The notes under the pieces were generated by a model. That model made no database searches and was not told the origin of the DNA. It worked only from the letters and a program-made list of their open reading frames with translations. A program made the translations under genes and the position numbers. A stretch of DNA of 64,000 nucleotides. It comes from Terriglobia bacterium. Lineage in GTDB: Bacteria; Acidobacteriota; Terriglobia; 20CM-2-55-15. This document shows positions 41,894 through 52,607 of the stretch, one piece after another. Position 1 is the stretch's first letter. Every line of letters begins with the position of its first letter. The stretch spans positions 864,001-928,000 of the forward strand of contig CBDAOY010000009.1 of the NCBI GenBank assembly GCA_965198225.1. The letters are read 5' to 3'.

Positions 41894-43600
41894 TCAAGCT
41901 CTTTCCCTTCGGCTGGATGAGGCCGGGTAGAGCGTCGGGCCAGAATCGTCGCCGAGAAGCTGGCTCCTGACCAGCCTGATCGGGATACCGCCCTGGCGGA
42001 CGAAGTCGTCATGAAAATCCCGGAGACTGTAGCGGCTCCCTTTCTCCTTGCGATAGTCGTCCCGGAGCTTGCAGACTTGCAGCTTCCCGAGCGTGTACGC
42101 GAGATAGGTCGGGTCGTACGCCCCTCGCCGGGCTTCTTCGTAGGCATTGGCCGGTTCCTGGAAGCCGTTCTCGACAAACACGCGGGCGCCCTCCTCAACG
42201 CTCATGCCGGCGGTGTGCAGCTTCATACCGACGACCCAGCGACAGTCCCGGAGCAATGCCTCGAGGAGTTGCGCGAGACGAATGCGCTCGTCGCCCTGCC
42301 CGTAGCCCTCCTCGCCCATCATCTGCTCGGTATAGTGTGCCCACCCTTCGACATTCGAGTAGCAGCTGACCAACTTGCGGGTCTTGGTCGGGAATTGATC
42401 CGCGTAAAGAAACTGGATGTAATGGCCGGGATAGGCCTCGTGGATGGTGATGACCTCCATGACCGCCCGGTTGAACAATCTGAGGTGCTCCTCTTTGTGC
42501 TCCGGGCTCCAGTCCTCTTCGGGCGGTGTGACGTAGTAAAAGGCTTCGCGCGCCCGGTCTTCATAAGGTCCCGGCGTGTCCATGGCCGCAAAGGCGCCGA
42601 AACGGAAGTAGGGCGGGGTTTCCTCAATCAGGGGCCGAACGTCGGACGGGACAGTAACGATCTTCCTCTCTTCGAGGAAGCGAACGATTCCCTCGATCGT
42701 CTGCTGCGCTCTTGGAATCAGGTTTTCCGCCGAGGGGAAATCGTCCGACAGCGAACGCACCACTTCTTCAGGAGAACGGCCAGGATCGATTCGCCGTGCC
42801 GTCTCGATGAAGTCACGACGATCGCGAGCGAGGTTGGACTCTCCTATCGCGAGCAGTTCGTCAAGAGGGACATCGATCATCTCTTCATACCGCAGCTTGG
42901 CGGCGAAAGCCTCCGCACCGATGGCATACTCCCCGTCGGAGCGGGGAAGCAGGTCGTTCTCGAGCCAGGTTGCGGCCTGGCTGACGGCTTCAGCCGCCGC
43001 CGTCTGTGACCGACGGAATTCGTCGAACATGGGCTCGTCAGTCCCGACCGTGCTCGTCGCCCAATCCTTTATAGTGTCCCCGAAGAACCTGACCGAGCCT
43101 CGGGCGATCCGGATCGCAAGGTCGGTGAACTCCCGCGGTGGGTTTTCCAAGTTGTCCTTCATCGCGCCCAGGATTGCCCCTACGCCGCCCAGTCGAGAGG
43201 TCATCGCGCGCAGGCGTTCCGAGGGAGGCGCGAAGCTACGCTTCATCAACCCGTCGATGGATTCTCCGAGCGACCAGACGTAGTTGATAGGGTTCCTGCG
43301 CCAGCTTTCCAGGGTTTCGAGGTCGAGCAACTCCGCCCGAATTTTCCCGGCCAGGATTTCGGCGTCGATGTGGTCCGAGGCCGAAAGTGTTTCCTGCGTG
43401 ATGGCATCGAGCCGCTCGCTGAACGCGGTCAGGGAATCGATGCGGCCCAGATGTGCGGGTCGTGAGAAGTCGGCAAACTTCGAATCGTAATCATGGATGC
43501 CCGCCGCGGTCGCCTCGCTCGGCTTCCACTCGAAGAGGGCGTCGAAGTAGTCGTCGACGAACCGGGAGAACTCTGTGGGATGCGCAGTTTGTATCTCCAT
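41894..43600 (-). CDS. DUF885 family protein
   Basis: HEAYPGHYIQ, EGWAHYTE, YTLGKL. Confidence 0.85.
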   Translation of the reverse strand: MEIQTAHPTEFSRFVDDYFDALFEWKPSEATAAGIHDYDSKFADFSRPAHLGRIDSLTAFSERLDAITQETLSASDHIDAEILAGKIRAELLDLETLESWRRNPINYVWSLGESIDGLMKRSFAPPSERLRAMTSRLGGVGAILGAMKDNLENPPREFTDLAIRIARGSVRFFGDTIKDWATSTVGTDEPMFDEFRRSQTAAAEAVSQAATWLENDLLPRSDGEYAIGAEAFAAKLRYEEMIDVPLDELLAIGESNLARDRRDFIETARRIDPGRSPEEVVRSLSDDFPSAENLIPRAQQTIEGIVRFLEERKIVTVPSDVRPLIEETPPYFRFGAFAAMDTPGPYEDRAREAFYYVTPPEEDWSPEHKEEHLRLFNRAVMEVITIHEAYPGHYIQFLYADQFPTKTRKLVSCYSNVEGWAHYTEQMMGEEGYGQGDERIRLAQLLEALLRDCRWVVGMKLHTAGMSVEEGARVFVENGFQEPANAYEEARRGAYDPTYLAYTLGKLQVCKLRDDYRKEKGSRYSLRDFHDDFVRQGGIPIRLVRSQLLGDDSGPTLYPASSSRRERA

Positions 43601-43640
43601 CGGGGCACTTATTATAGAATCCCACCAGGAGATTCTCGAA

Positions 43641-44012
43641 ATGACATCTGTCCCCGCCGAAGTTCAGCGAGTGCTGATGAGACTCCGGGTCGAGATGCTC
43701 ACTCATCTCGGCCGTGGCGAAGACGACACCGACTTCTGCGGACGCTGCCATCTCCCTCTTCCGGCCGGAGACTTCGAGTCTTACGAATTCTGCCCGTGGT
43801 GCTGCCAGTCGATCAACGGGTTCGTCCCGCGGTTGGACGAATCCCGTCGAATCGTCGAACACCAATGGGACGTCAACACCGAGATCCAGTGCGGTGAGTG
43901 CGGCGGTGAGTACGAGCAGCCGACCCGCTACGCCTTCCGTTTCTGCCCGCACTGCGGCGCACCCTTCGCCGAACACGACGAGCTCATGATCGAACTGCCT
44001 TTCTTGATTTGA
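43641..44012 (+). CDS. Small multi-zinc-ribbon protein
   Basis: CGRC, CPWC, CGEC, CPHC; AGGAG RBS. Confidence 0.7.
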   Translation: MTSVPAEVQRVLMRLRVEMLTHLGRGEDDTDFCGRCHLPLPAGDFESYEFCPWCCQSINGFVPRLDESRRIVEHQWDVNTEIQCGECGGEYEQPTRYAFRFCPHCGAPFAEHDELMIELPFLI

Positions 44013-44070
44013 TTGTTGCGCGGTGACTGATGGTTGTGTCGTTTTAGAACGTTCCTGCTTATCGGACGAC

Positions 44071-44102
44071 CGGGGACAGGGCAAGCCCTGTCCCCCTCAC
44101 AT
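44071..44102. repeat. GTGA-type REP-like palindrome (inverted)
   Basis: GGGGACAGGGCAAGCCCTGTCCCCCTCAC. Confidence 0.7.
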
Positions 44103-44380
44103 TGATTCTCTCACGTAACCGTCCTCTTTAACGATCCGCAGGTGTCGTAGGCTATTCGTGGCGGAGGGCGATCATGGGTCGACCACTTCTTCCGGTGCCG
44201 AACTCCTTCGACGTCGTGCGGAGACCGGAGAGAAGAACAATAACTTACGGGGAGTTTGTCCGAGCAGTTTCGGAGGTGCCCCAAGGCAGGGTTCTCCATT
44301 GGGTCTTTCGGATGAAAAAGCATCGATTCGAGCAGTGTGCCGGTCTGCGCGGCCTCGTGTAGAATGTCGGAGAAGAAGCG

Positions 44381-46019
44381 ATGACCAAGCGATTCTACTT
44401 CTTGGCTATCTGGACGCTCGTACTTGCCCCGACCGCAGGGACGGCGCTTCCGCAAACCACGGAGAGTCCCCGCCTGATCCTTTTCGTGGTGGTCGATCAG
44501 ATGCGCTTCGACTACCTCACCCGGTTCGACGACATCTACTCGGGGGGGCTGAGAACCCTGCTGGATCGGGGAGCCGTTTTCAGCAACGCCAGATACCGCC
44601 ATGCGCTGACGCAGACCGGCCCCGGACATTCCGCTCTGATGTCGGGTCGACATCCACGGCATTCCGGGATCGTCGCCAACAGATTGGTGGGACCCGTTGT
44701 TGAAGAAGATAGTCAACGTCGTCGATGATCCCTTCCAGCAGCCGCTCGGGGGACCGGGGCGATCGGCGTCACCGGTGAATTTCGACGGGTTCACGATCGG
44801 TGATGTCCTGAAGCAGCGAAATCGCCAATCCAGAGTCGTCGGTGTGTCGACCAAGGACCGAGCGGCGATTCTGATGTCGGGTCGGTTGGGAGACGCGGCG
44901 TTTTGGTTCGAGGAAGAGGGCGGCAACTTCATAACGAGTACCTACTACATGGACGAAGCCCCCGATTGGCTCGAGCAGTGGAACCGGCGCCGCATGGCCG
45001 ATTCCCGTGCCGGGACGGTCTGGACACGCCTGATCGATGACGAATCACAATACAGGCGCTACGCCGGGCTCGACGCCGTCGTCGGAGAATGGACGGCGGA
45101 AGATACTGTCTTCCCGCACCGGATTCCGGGAACACCCCCGGACCCGGTGTTCTACAAGTACGTGAGGCGTACCCCGTTTGCCGATGAGATGACGCTGTCG
45201 GTCGCCTTATCTGCGATGGTGGCGCATGACATCGGCGAAGACCAGTTCACCGACATCCTCGCAGTCAGCTTCTCCGGAACCGACCTGGTCGGACACGAGT
45301 TTGGTCCGGACAGCCAGGAAGTCATGGATCAGCTCCTGCGATTGGACCGACTGCTCGGCGAGTTGCTGGAAAGGATCGACAGGCGCACCGGTCTGGACCG
45401 GACTATGGTCGTATTGAGTTCCGACCACGGTGCGCTACCGCTGGTGGAAGTTCTCGAGGAACGCGGACGAGGGGGGCGGCGTTCGACTCGACAGGTGCTG
45501 CTGGGTGTTCTCGAGGCGGCCATGCTCGAACGCCACCCGAATGCTCAAGGGGTGATTTCGGCAATGGAGGCTTCGGGGGTTTACCTCGACGAAGGTCTGA
45601 TCGCGGCACGAGGTCTGGACCGGGCCTCGATCGAGGCAACGATCACCGACGCTCTGGAAGCGACCGGCCTGGTTGCGGCCGTTTACACCCACGAGCAGAT
45701 GGCAGGCGGCACGCCCTCCGACGACCCGTTCCTGGATCTGTACCGTAACTCGTTCGTTTCGTCCAGGAGTGCTCATTTGACGTACCGTCTGGCAGAGCAC
45801 GTCTACATCGATGGGGCCGATCCGGGTGGCACGGGTCACGGAACTCCGTACGAATACGACCGGCATATACCGATTATCTTCATGGGTCGCGGAATCCAAC
45901 CCGGGTGGTATCCCGATGCCTGTGGTCCGGAAGATATCGCACCGACGCTGGGCCATATTCTCGGTCTTGAAATCCCGAAGGAGCCCGCCGCACGGATTCT
46001 GACGGAAATGCTCAACTAG
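44381..46019 (+). pseudogene. PafA-like alkaline phosphatase family protein with a +1 frameshift at ~44681
   Basis: VVVDQMR, TQTGPGHS, DLVGH, SSDHG, GHGTPYEYD; removing one A restores GIVAN-DWWDPLLKKIVN. Confidence 0.8.
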
Positions 46020-46280
46020 TGGCCTGTAACAGAGAGAGTGATAGTGGCGTTCGGAGCGCAACGGTACCGGATTCTAGGAGCGCCGCCCGAGGTAATGCCG
46101 CTTCATTGCGAGAAGGCGCGGCAACGAAGACGGTGCTGTTCCGCCGCACCCCGAAGGGACGATGGGCCTTGCCAGCCACGCAGAGGAGTTAGGAACAGCG
46201 ATGGTTTTCCATCGGCGACGACTCGTGAGAGGATCTGCAAGGCCCATCGGCGACGCTGTCACTATCTCTTTTACAGGCTA
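46020..46280. mobile_element. MITE family A, diverged and inverted, at the phosphatase stop codon
   Basis: CTAG-TGGCCTGTAAC...TTACAGGCTA-CTGG; internal sequence aligns to the reverse complement of 18786-19052. Confidence 0.78.
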
Positions 46281-46415
46281 CTGGGCCACTGGTGACGGCC
46301 GTCAAGCTTTTCGCTTCCTAATCTTTCGGATGCCGTCATAAACTCCGGTAGTTGTCCAAGCAGTCTTGACAGAGACGATCCGTGGTTCGTTCGATTTTTC
46401 CGGAGGGAGTATTCG

Positions 46416-48848
46416 ATGAAGACTCTAAAGCTTTTCGTTCCCGTCCTCGCGATCATCGCGGTGGCGTCCCTCAACGCATCGGCCCAGCTTGTGAGTCAGT
46501 CCGAGCTGACGAGAGCCGATGTCGATCCGGACTTTGAACTGACATTGGACCATCTGTCCTACGATTCCCGGTGGTTGGGACTGTCTCCGAGAGGCGTGAC
46601 GTGGTCGCCCGACGGAGGGACCGTCTACTTCCGTTGGCGGGATGATCCGGCATCCGGACAGAATCCGGACACCGATCCCTGGCATGCCGTCAATCGCGCC
46701 GGAACACGTGTCCGGATGGTCGATACCGAAGAAGTCCGGAGGATCCCCTCGGGCAACCTCAGTTGGTCCGGGGACCGTGCCGTGGCTGCCTGGTCCAAAT
46801 CGGGTACGCTGTTCCTCTGGAACCGGGGTCGCGGAGCGCGTGCCGTGTACACGGCGGCCTCCGGTTTGGGCAATCTTCAGACGGCTCCTGATGGCTCTCG
46901 CGTCTTCTTCTCCACGGAGGGCTTTGGTCGGACCTCTCCCGAGTCATCGAACAACCACAGTTCGGACCTTTGGGCCTATGACGTGGACGGCGGTCACGTC
47001 CGTCAGCTTGCCGCCATTACCGAGAAGGAGGAGGACCCGAGTGATAAGGAACACGTGAAGTGGCTCGAAGACCAGCAACTGGAGTTGATCGAGATCGTCC
47101 GGCAGCGCAAGAACGACCGTGAGGAGTCCGACGCGCTGTCGCGCGAACGCGAACCGTTCCGGCCTCAGGTCATCTCGATCGAGAAAGGTGCGCGCGCCTA
47201 CAACATTCGGTTGAGTCCGGACGGGCACTACGTCACCTTCCAGTGGATGAAGCGGGCGTCTGCCGCCGAGCGCACGAGCTTCCTCGAGTTCGTCAACGAG
47301 AGCGGACAGGCCACGGAGAAGGAAGCGCGACCGAAAGTGGGCGACCCGGTGCCTGAATACAAGATGGGCATCGTCCGCCTCGACCCGCTCGTCGATCCCG
47401 AGGATGTGGAGATTACCTGGGTGGATACGGGAGTCGAGGGGGAGACCGTTGTGCACGGACCGTACTGGAGCCCGGCCGGAGATCACGGCATCGTGCAGAT
47501 CCTCTCGATGGACCACAAGAACCGCTGGATCTCATCCCTCGATGTCGCTACCGGCCAGGTCACCCCCATCCACCACGAACACCAGGACGAATGGATCGGC
47601 GGGCCGCTGGTAGGGGGTCGCTGGAATCCCGGCTATCTCCAGTGGCTCCATGACGGGAGCGCTTTTGGGTTCGTCACCGAAGAGACAGGCTGGACGATGC
47701 TGAACCTGGCCGATGCGGACGGTAACGTGACACGCCTGACCGATGGCGAGTTCGAGGTTCGGGGAAGTCTGCTCGGGGCCGACGGAAACTGGTACCTCAC
47801 CACGAGCCGCGAACACCCCGGCGAGATCCATCTCTACCGACTCGGCGCGCGCGGCGGTGAACTCGAACGGATCACGATGGGGGAAGGACGCAACAGCGCG
47901 ACCCTCTCGCCCGACGGTCAACGCATTGCTGTGCTGTATCAGTCGACGCTGGATCTGTCGGACCTCTACCTCCAGGACAATCGTCCTGGAGCCGAGAAGC
48001 AGCGGATCACCAAGGCCGGGACCGACGATTATTACCGCTACGATTGGATCGACAGCGAGATCATCAGCTTTCCGGACGCCGCGGGGGAAACGACCTGGGC
48101 CAAGATCTGGGAGCGGCCGCAGGACCCCAACGGCGCGGCGGTCGTCCACATTCACGGGTGCGGCGAGTGCGCTCAGGGCGTCACGAAAGGGTGGCAGGGC
48201 TCGGCGGGTGTCTATGCCAACTATCTGCACCAGATGGGCTACACGTCGGCTTCCCTGGATTATCGTGGCAGTTCCGGGTACGGCCACGCCAACCGGACGT
48301 ATGCGTACCGCCAGATGGGGATTTCCGATGTCGACAGCGGGCTGGCGCTGCTGGATGTCCTCGTGGACTCCTACGGCGTCGAGCGTGAGCGAATCGGCCT
48401 CTACGGCGGTTCCTACGGAGGGTTCTTCACGATCATGTCGCTGTTCCGCAATCCCGGCAAGTGGAAGGCGGGAGTGGCACTGTATCCGGTGACCGACTGG
48501 GCCCACTACAACCAGGGTTACACCAGCCGGATCCTGAACGGCACACCCCAGTCCGACGACGAAGCCTACCGGCAGTCCAGCCCGATCTACTATGCCGAGA
48601 ACCTGCAGGATCACCTGCAGATCCAGCATGGCCTGGTCGACAACAATGTCCAGATCCAGGATTCGTTCCGGTTGTCACAAATCCTGATGGAGATGAAGAA
48701 AGATTTCGACCTGGTCGTATACCCGGTCGAAGACCATGGCTGGGACGAGGTTCCGAGCCGCCGTGACAGTTATTTTCGGATGACACGGTGGTTCGACCGC
48801 CACCTCCTGGGCGAGGGCGCCGGTGTCGCGACGCAGCAGAATAAATGA
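46416..48848 (+). CDS. Secreted S9 peptidase (DPP IV-like)
   Basis: Signal peptide, WSPDG propeller repeats, GGSYGG, HGLVDNNV, EDHG. Confidence 0.9.
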   Translation: MKTLKLFVPVLAIIAVASLNASAQLVSQSELTRADVDPDFELTLDHLSYDSRWLGLSPRGVTWSPDGGTVYFRWRDDPASGQNPDTDPWHAVNRAGTRVRMVDTEEVRRIPSGNLSWSGDRAVAAWSKSGTLFLWNRGRGARAVYTAASGLGNLQTAPDGSRVFFSTEGFGRTSPESSNNHSSDLWAYDVDGGHVRQLAAITEKEEDPSDKEHVKWLEDQQLELIEIVRQRKNDREESDALSREREPFRPQVISIEKGARAYNIRLSPDGHYVTFQWMKRASAAERTSFLEFVNESGQATEKEARPKVGDPVPEYKMGIVRLDPLVDPEDVEITWVDTGVEGETVVHGPYWSPAGDHGIVQILSMDHKNRWISSLDVATGQVTPIHHEHQDEWIGGPLVGGRWNPGYLQWLHDGSAFGFVTEETGWTMLNLADADGNVTRLTDGEFEVRGSLLGADGNWYLTTSREHPGEIHLYRLGARGGELERITMGEGRNSATLSPDGQRIAVLYQSTLDLSDLYLQDNRPGAEKQRITKAGTDDYYRYDWIDSEIISFPDAAGETTWAKIWERPQDPNGAAVVHIHGCGECAQGVTKGWQGSAGVYANYLHQMGYTSASLDYRGSSGYGHANRTYAYRQMGISDVDSGLALLDVLVDSYGVERERIGLYGGSYGGFFTIMSLFRNPGKWKAGVALYPVTDWAHYNQGYTSRILNGTPQSDDEAYRQSSPIYYAENLQDHLQIQHGLVDNNVQIQDSFRLSQILMEMKKDFDLVVYPVEDHGWDEVPSRRDSYFRMTRWFDRHLLGEGAGVATQQNK

Positions 48849-48851
48849 CCT

Positions 48852-48919
48852 GTAGGTGCGCTCTATGAGCGCACAAGACGTTGCACCCGAGACAACGAGC
48901 GGTCATAGATCGCAGCAAC
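48852..48919. repeat. GTAG-type REP doublet (second unit degenerate)
   Basis: GTAGGTGCGCTCTATGAGCGCAC ... GAGCGGTCATAGATCGCAGCAAC. Confidence 0.75.
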
Positions 48920-49011
48920 ACCGGCCGAAGGATCCGTTCAGCTAAGGGAGTAGCAACCATCGATTGAGGGGCTCTAAAGTGTCGAACAATAAGAAGGAAG
49001 GCCTGCTGGCC

Positions 49012-50709
49012 ATGAATCGTCGGCGTTTCGTCGGCTACTTCTCAGCCGTCGGTCTGGGATCCAGTCTGATTCCCGGTGCGCTGACGGCTGTGGCTCAGGA
49101 TGCCGACACGATCACTCCGGAGATGGTCCAGGCCGCTTCGAACCTGGCCGGATTGACGTTCACAACCGAGGAAGTCGAGAAGATCGCCGAAGATTTCAAC
49201 GGTCGCCGGAGCCCGCTTCCGCAGTACGAATCGCTCCGCGACATGGACCTGGGCAACGACACGCCGCCATCGCTCGTCTTCAACCCGGTCCCCGCCTCGA
49301 TGAAGCTGCCCGCCGGCCGCCGGCCGTTCAAGAGAAGCGAGCCGGACGTGTCGATGCCGGCTACCGACGACGAACTGGCCTTCCTGCCCGTGACCCATCT
49401 CTCGAGGCTCATCGAAACCCGGCAGGTCAGCTCGACCGATCTCACCAAGCTGTACCTGGCGCGCCTGAAGGCGCACGACCCGACCCTGCTGTGCGTCGTC
49501 AACCTGACCGAAGAAATGGCGTTGCAGCAGGCCCGGAAGGCAGATGAAGAGCTTGCGGCAGGGATGTACCGGGGACCGCTGCACGGAATTCCGTGGGGAG
49601 CCAAGGACCTGCTGGCGGTCAAGGGGTACCCGACCACGTGGGGTGCCAGCCCGTACAAGGAACAGATCATCGACGTGAACGCGACGGTGTTCGAGAAACT
49701 CACCCAGGCCGGCGCGGTTCTCGTGGCGAAGCTGACGCTCGGGGCTCTGGCCCAGGGAGACCGCTGGTTCGGAGGTCGGACTCGAAACCCCTGGAACCCG
49801 GAGCAGGGATCCAGTGGATCTTCGGCCGGTCCGGGATCGGCGACCGCTGCCGGCCTCGTCGGGTTTTCGATCGGCACCGAGACCCGGGGTTCGATCATGT
49901 CTCCATCGGGCCGAAACGGGGTGACCGGGTTGCGGCCGACCTATGGACGGGTGAGCCGTTACGGTGCCATGGCCTTGAGTTGGAGTATGGACAAGATCGG
50001 GCCGATGTGCCGGTCGGCGGAGGACTGCGCGCTGGTCTTTGACGCGATCTATGGCCCCGACGGAAGGGATAACAGCATCATCGATGTCCCGTTCAACTTC
50101 GACGCTACCGCCGACGTTCGGAAACTGCGTGTCGGCTATCTCAAGGATCGATACTTTGCCGATATCGAGGACGATCCGGAGAATCCCGAACAGGTCGAAA
50201 GACGACGGGAAAACAAGAAGTTCGACGATGCGGCGCTGAACCTGCTGATGTCGATGGGAGTCGAGTTGAAGCCGATCGAGTTGCCGGACCTGCCGAGTGA
50301 TTCGATCGGGTTCATCCTTTCGACCGAGTCCGCCGCCGCCTTCGACGATCTGACGCGCAGTGTGCGGGACAACATGATGGTGCCCGAGGAGAGCAACTGG
50401 CCGGACACGTTCCGCCGCCAGCGGTTCATCCCGGCGGTCGAGTACATCCAGGCGAACCGTCTGCGGACCCGGATCATCGAGGACTTCAACGATGTGTTCG
50501 ACGATCTGGATCTGTTCGTCGGGAGTAACCTCGGTTTGACCAACCTCACCGGACACCCTGAGATCAGCGTGCCTCACGGGTTCAACTCGGAGGGGAATCC
50601 GACCAACCTGAGGTTCACCGGAAAACTGTTCGGCGAAGCCGAGGTCCTGTTGCTTGCCCACGCATTCCAGAGCGCGACGGACCATCACCTGAAACATCCG
50701 AGGCTGTAG
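49012..50709 (+). CDS. Amidase signature family protein with Tat-like signal
   Basis: MNRRRF, GPLHGIPWGAKD, SSGSSAG, IGTETRGSI. Confidence 0.9.
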   Translation: MNRRRFVGYFSAVGLGSSLIPGALTAVAQDADTITPEMVQAASNLAGLTFTTEEVEKIAEDFNGRRSPLPQYESLRDMDLGNDTPPSLVFNPVPASMKLPAGRRPFKRSEPDVSMPATDDELAFLPVTHLSRLIETRQVSSTDLTKLYLARLKAHDPTLLCVVNLTEEMALQQARKADEELAAGMYRGPLHGIPWGAKDLLAVKGYPTTWGASPYKEQIIDVNATVFEKLTQAGAVLVAKLTLGALAQGDRWFGGRTRNPWNPEQGSSGSSAGPGSATAAGLVGFSIGTETRGSIMSPSGRNGVTGLRPTYGRVSRYGAMALSWSMDKIGPMCRSAEDCALVFDAIYGPDGRDNSIIDVPFNFDATADVRKLRVGYLKDRYFADIEDDPENPEQVERRRENKKFDDAALNLLMSMGVELKPIELPDLPSDSIGFILSTESAAAFDDLTRSVRDNMMVPEESNWPDTFRRQRFIPAVEYIQANRLRTRIIEDFNDVFDDLDLFVGSNLGLTNLTGHPEISVPHGFNSEGNPTNLRFTGKLFGEAEVLLLAHAFQSATDHHLKHPRL

Positions 50710-50729
50710 AGACCCTGGAGGGCAACTGA

Positions 50730-52358
50730 ATGGGACGCTCAAAGAAAGGACTTCTGATGCGATGCCGTTTCCGAGCCTTCGCCTTGCTTCTGGTGATTGC
50801 TCCATTGTTTGCTGCCTGCTCCTCGTCACCGCCGATCATCCGCGGAATCGAGTTGGACAGGAGGCCCAGCGCCACAGTTCCGCTCGCCGCGCAACTCGCC
50901 TTCGTCACGGATCGGCCGACCACTTTCTTTCTCGAAATCGACGACGGCTCGGGGGTGCGGCTCGTCAATCCCGGTATGCCCCCGGCCACTGAACACATCG
51001 TGCCGGTGCTGGGGATGCGCCCGGACACCCGGCACACCGTTCAGGTCATCGTCAGCGCTCGAAACGGCGCCACGGCGTCCTCGCTCCCGCTTCAAGTCGA
51101 TACCCCGCCGCTACCCGCGGATTTTCCGCCCATCGAACTGTCGATGAGCGACCCGGCCCGGATGGAACCCGGCGTCACACTCTTTAACTTGATCCACTGG
51201 CCCGAGTCCGGGAACGACGCGGCATACGGCCTGCTGGTCGCTCTCGACGAGCGTGGCGAGGTGGTCTGGTACTACCGGCCCGATCACGGCGTGGGCGATG
51301 CGCGCCGCCTTCAAAACGGCAACCTCCTGTACATGTCCGGACGAGCCGGTCATCTCTATGAGATCGATATGCTCGGCAACGTGGTCGCCGAATGGCATTC
51401 CAACCGCGCACCGGAAGACGAGTTGGGCCCCGGAAGCGTTCCTGTAGACACCGAATCCTTCCACCACGAAGCCTTCGAAACCGTCTCCGGGAACATCCTG
51501 ACGATCAGTTCGGAGATCCGAGCCTACGAGGGGTACCCGACGAGCGCAACGAACGCGGCCGCACCGAAATCGACGGCGAACGTGATCGGTGACGTCCTTG
51601 TCGAATTCACCCGGCGGGGCGAGATCGTTCGAGAAGTGAAGCTGCTGGATGTGCTGGATCCCTACCGGGTCGGCTATAGTTCGCTGGGAGCCGGGTTCTG
51701 GTCTCCGGTGTACACGGAAGAATACGAGTATCCTCTGAGGGATTGGGCGCACACGAACGCCGTGGCGAGCGATGCCAGCGGCCGCTATGCCCTGGCTTCC
51801 CTGCGAGCGCAGGATGCCGTCGTCAAAATCGATCTCGAAACCGGTGAACCGTTGTGGATACTTGGCCATCATGATGGGTGGGCTCCCGAATTCGAGGACC
51901 TTCTGCTCGAACCGGTTGGCGACCTGCTCTGGCCCTACCACCAGCACGCTCCGATGTTCACTCCGGAAGGAACCATCCTGATGTTCGACAACGGCAACGA
52001 ACGGGCCTGGCCCTTCCAGACCAGGACACCTCCATCAGAAGCCTTCAGCCGCGCGGTCGAATATCGAGTAGACGAAGACAACATGGAGGTCTCCCAGTTG
52101 TGGGCTTACGGTGGGCCGGGTAGCGAGTATTTCTTCTCGACCTTCATCAGTGACGCCGACTGGCTTCCCACGACCCGGAACGTGCTGGTTACCGACGGCG
52201 GCAAGGTGACCGACCCGAATGCTCATCATTGGGCGAGGATCGTAGAAGTCACCCACACGACGCCAGCGGAGAAAGTCTTCGAGATCTTCATCGACGACGA
52301 GGCGCCGGAAGGTTGGGCGGTCTACCGCGCCGAGCGCCTCGCGAGTCTGTATCCCTGA
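50730..52358 (+). CDS. Aryl-sulfate sulfotransferase (ASST) family lipoprotein
   Basis: Lipobox-like LFAAC, FHHEA, DWAHTNA, YHQHAP, FDNG, YRAER. Confidence 0.82.
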   Translation: MGRSKKGLLMRCRFRAFALLLVIAPLFAACSSSPPIIRGIELDRRPSATVPLAAQLAFVTDRPTTFFLEIDDGSGVRLVNPGMPPATEHIVPVLGMRPDTRHTVQVIVSARNGATASSLPLQVDTPPLPADFPPIELSMSDPARMEPGVTLFNLIHWPESGNDAAYGLLVALDERGEVVWYYRPDHGVGDARRLQNGNLLYMSGRAGHLYEIDMLGNVVAEWHSNRAPEDELGPGSVPVDTESFHHEAFETVSGNILTISSEIRAYEGYPTSATNAAAPKSTANVIGDVLVEFTRRGEIVREVKLLDVLDPYRVGYSSLGAGFWSPVYTEEYEYPLRDWAHTNAVASDASGRYALASLRAQDAVVKIDLETGEPLWILGHHDGWAPEFEDLLLEPVGDLLWPYHQHAPMFTPEGTILMFDNGNERAWPFQTRTPPSEAFSRAVEYRVDEDNMEVSQLWAYGGPGSEYFFSTFISDADWLPTTRNVLVTDGGKVTDPNAHHWARIVEVTHTTPAEKVFEIFIDDEAPEGWAVYRAERLASLYP

Positions 52359-52389
52359 TGTTCCGAGCGCTCCTCAAACCATCGCAGAT

Positions 52390-52502
52390 TGGTTATCGGA
52401 CGAATCCGCATTGGAAGTTGGAGATTGCGGATTGCTCATTTCCCTATCGGTCGGAAAATCTGAAATGAAGCAATCTCCAATGAGCAACGTGCAATGCGGA
52501 TT
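52390..52502. repeat. Family D palindromic repeat
   Basis: AATCCGCATTG...TTGGAGATTGC...GCAATCTCCAA...CAATGCGGATT. Confidence 0.6.
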
Positions 52503-52607
52503 ACTCAAATATTGCGATTTGCAATGGCTCCCACCAACCGCGGCCCTGCCGACGATCTTCAACGGGGCCTGTGGTGATCCATGGCCTGAAGGAAACCGAC
52601 CCAGCCG

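Noticed and set aside
44174-44362. 62-aa ORF upstream of the phosphatase
   Set aside because: It has a plausible RBS but no recognisable motif; cannot be supported without a search.
49042-50829. Long antisense ORFs (595 aa here; also 17340-18911, 10889-12319, 61208-62371)
   Set aside because: Shadow frames of well-supported genes in GC-rich DNA, with no motifs.
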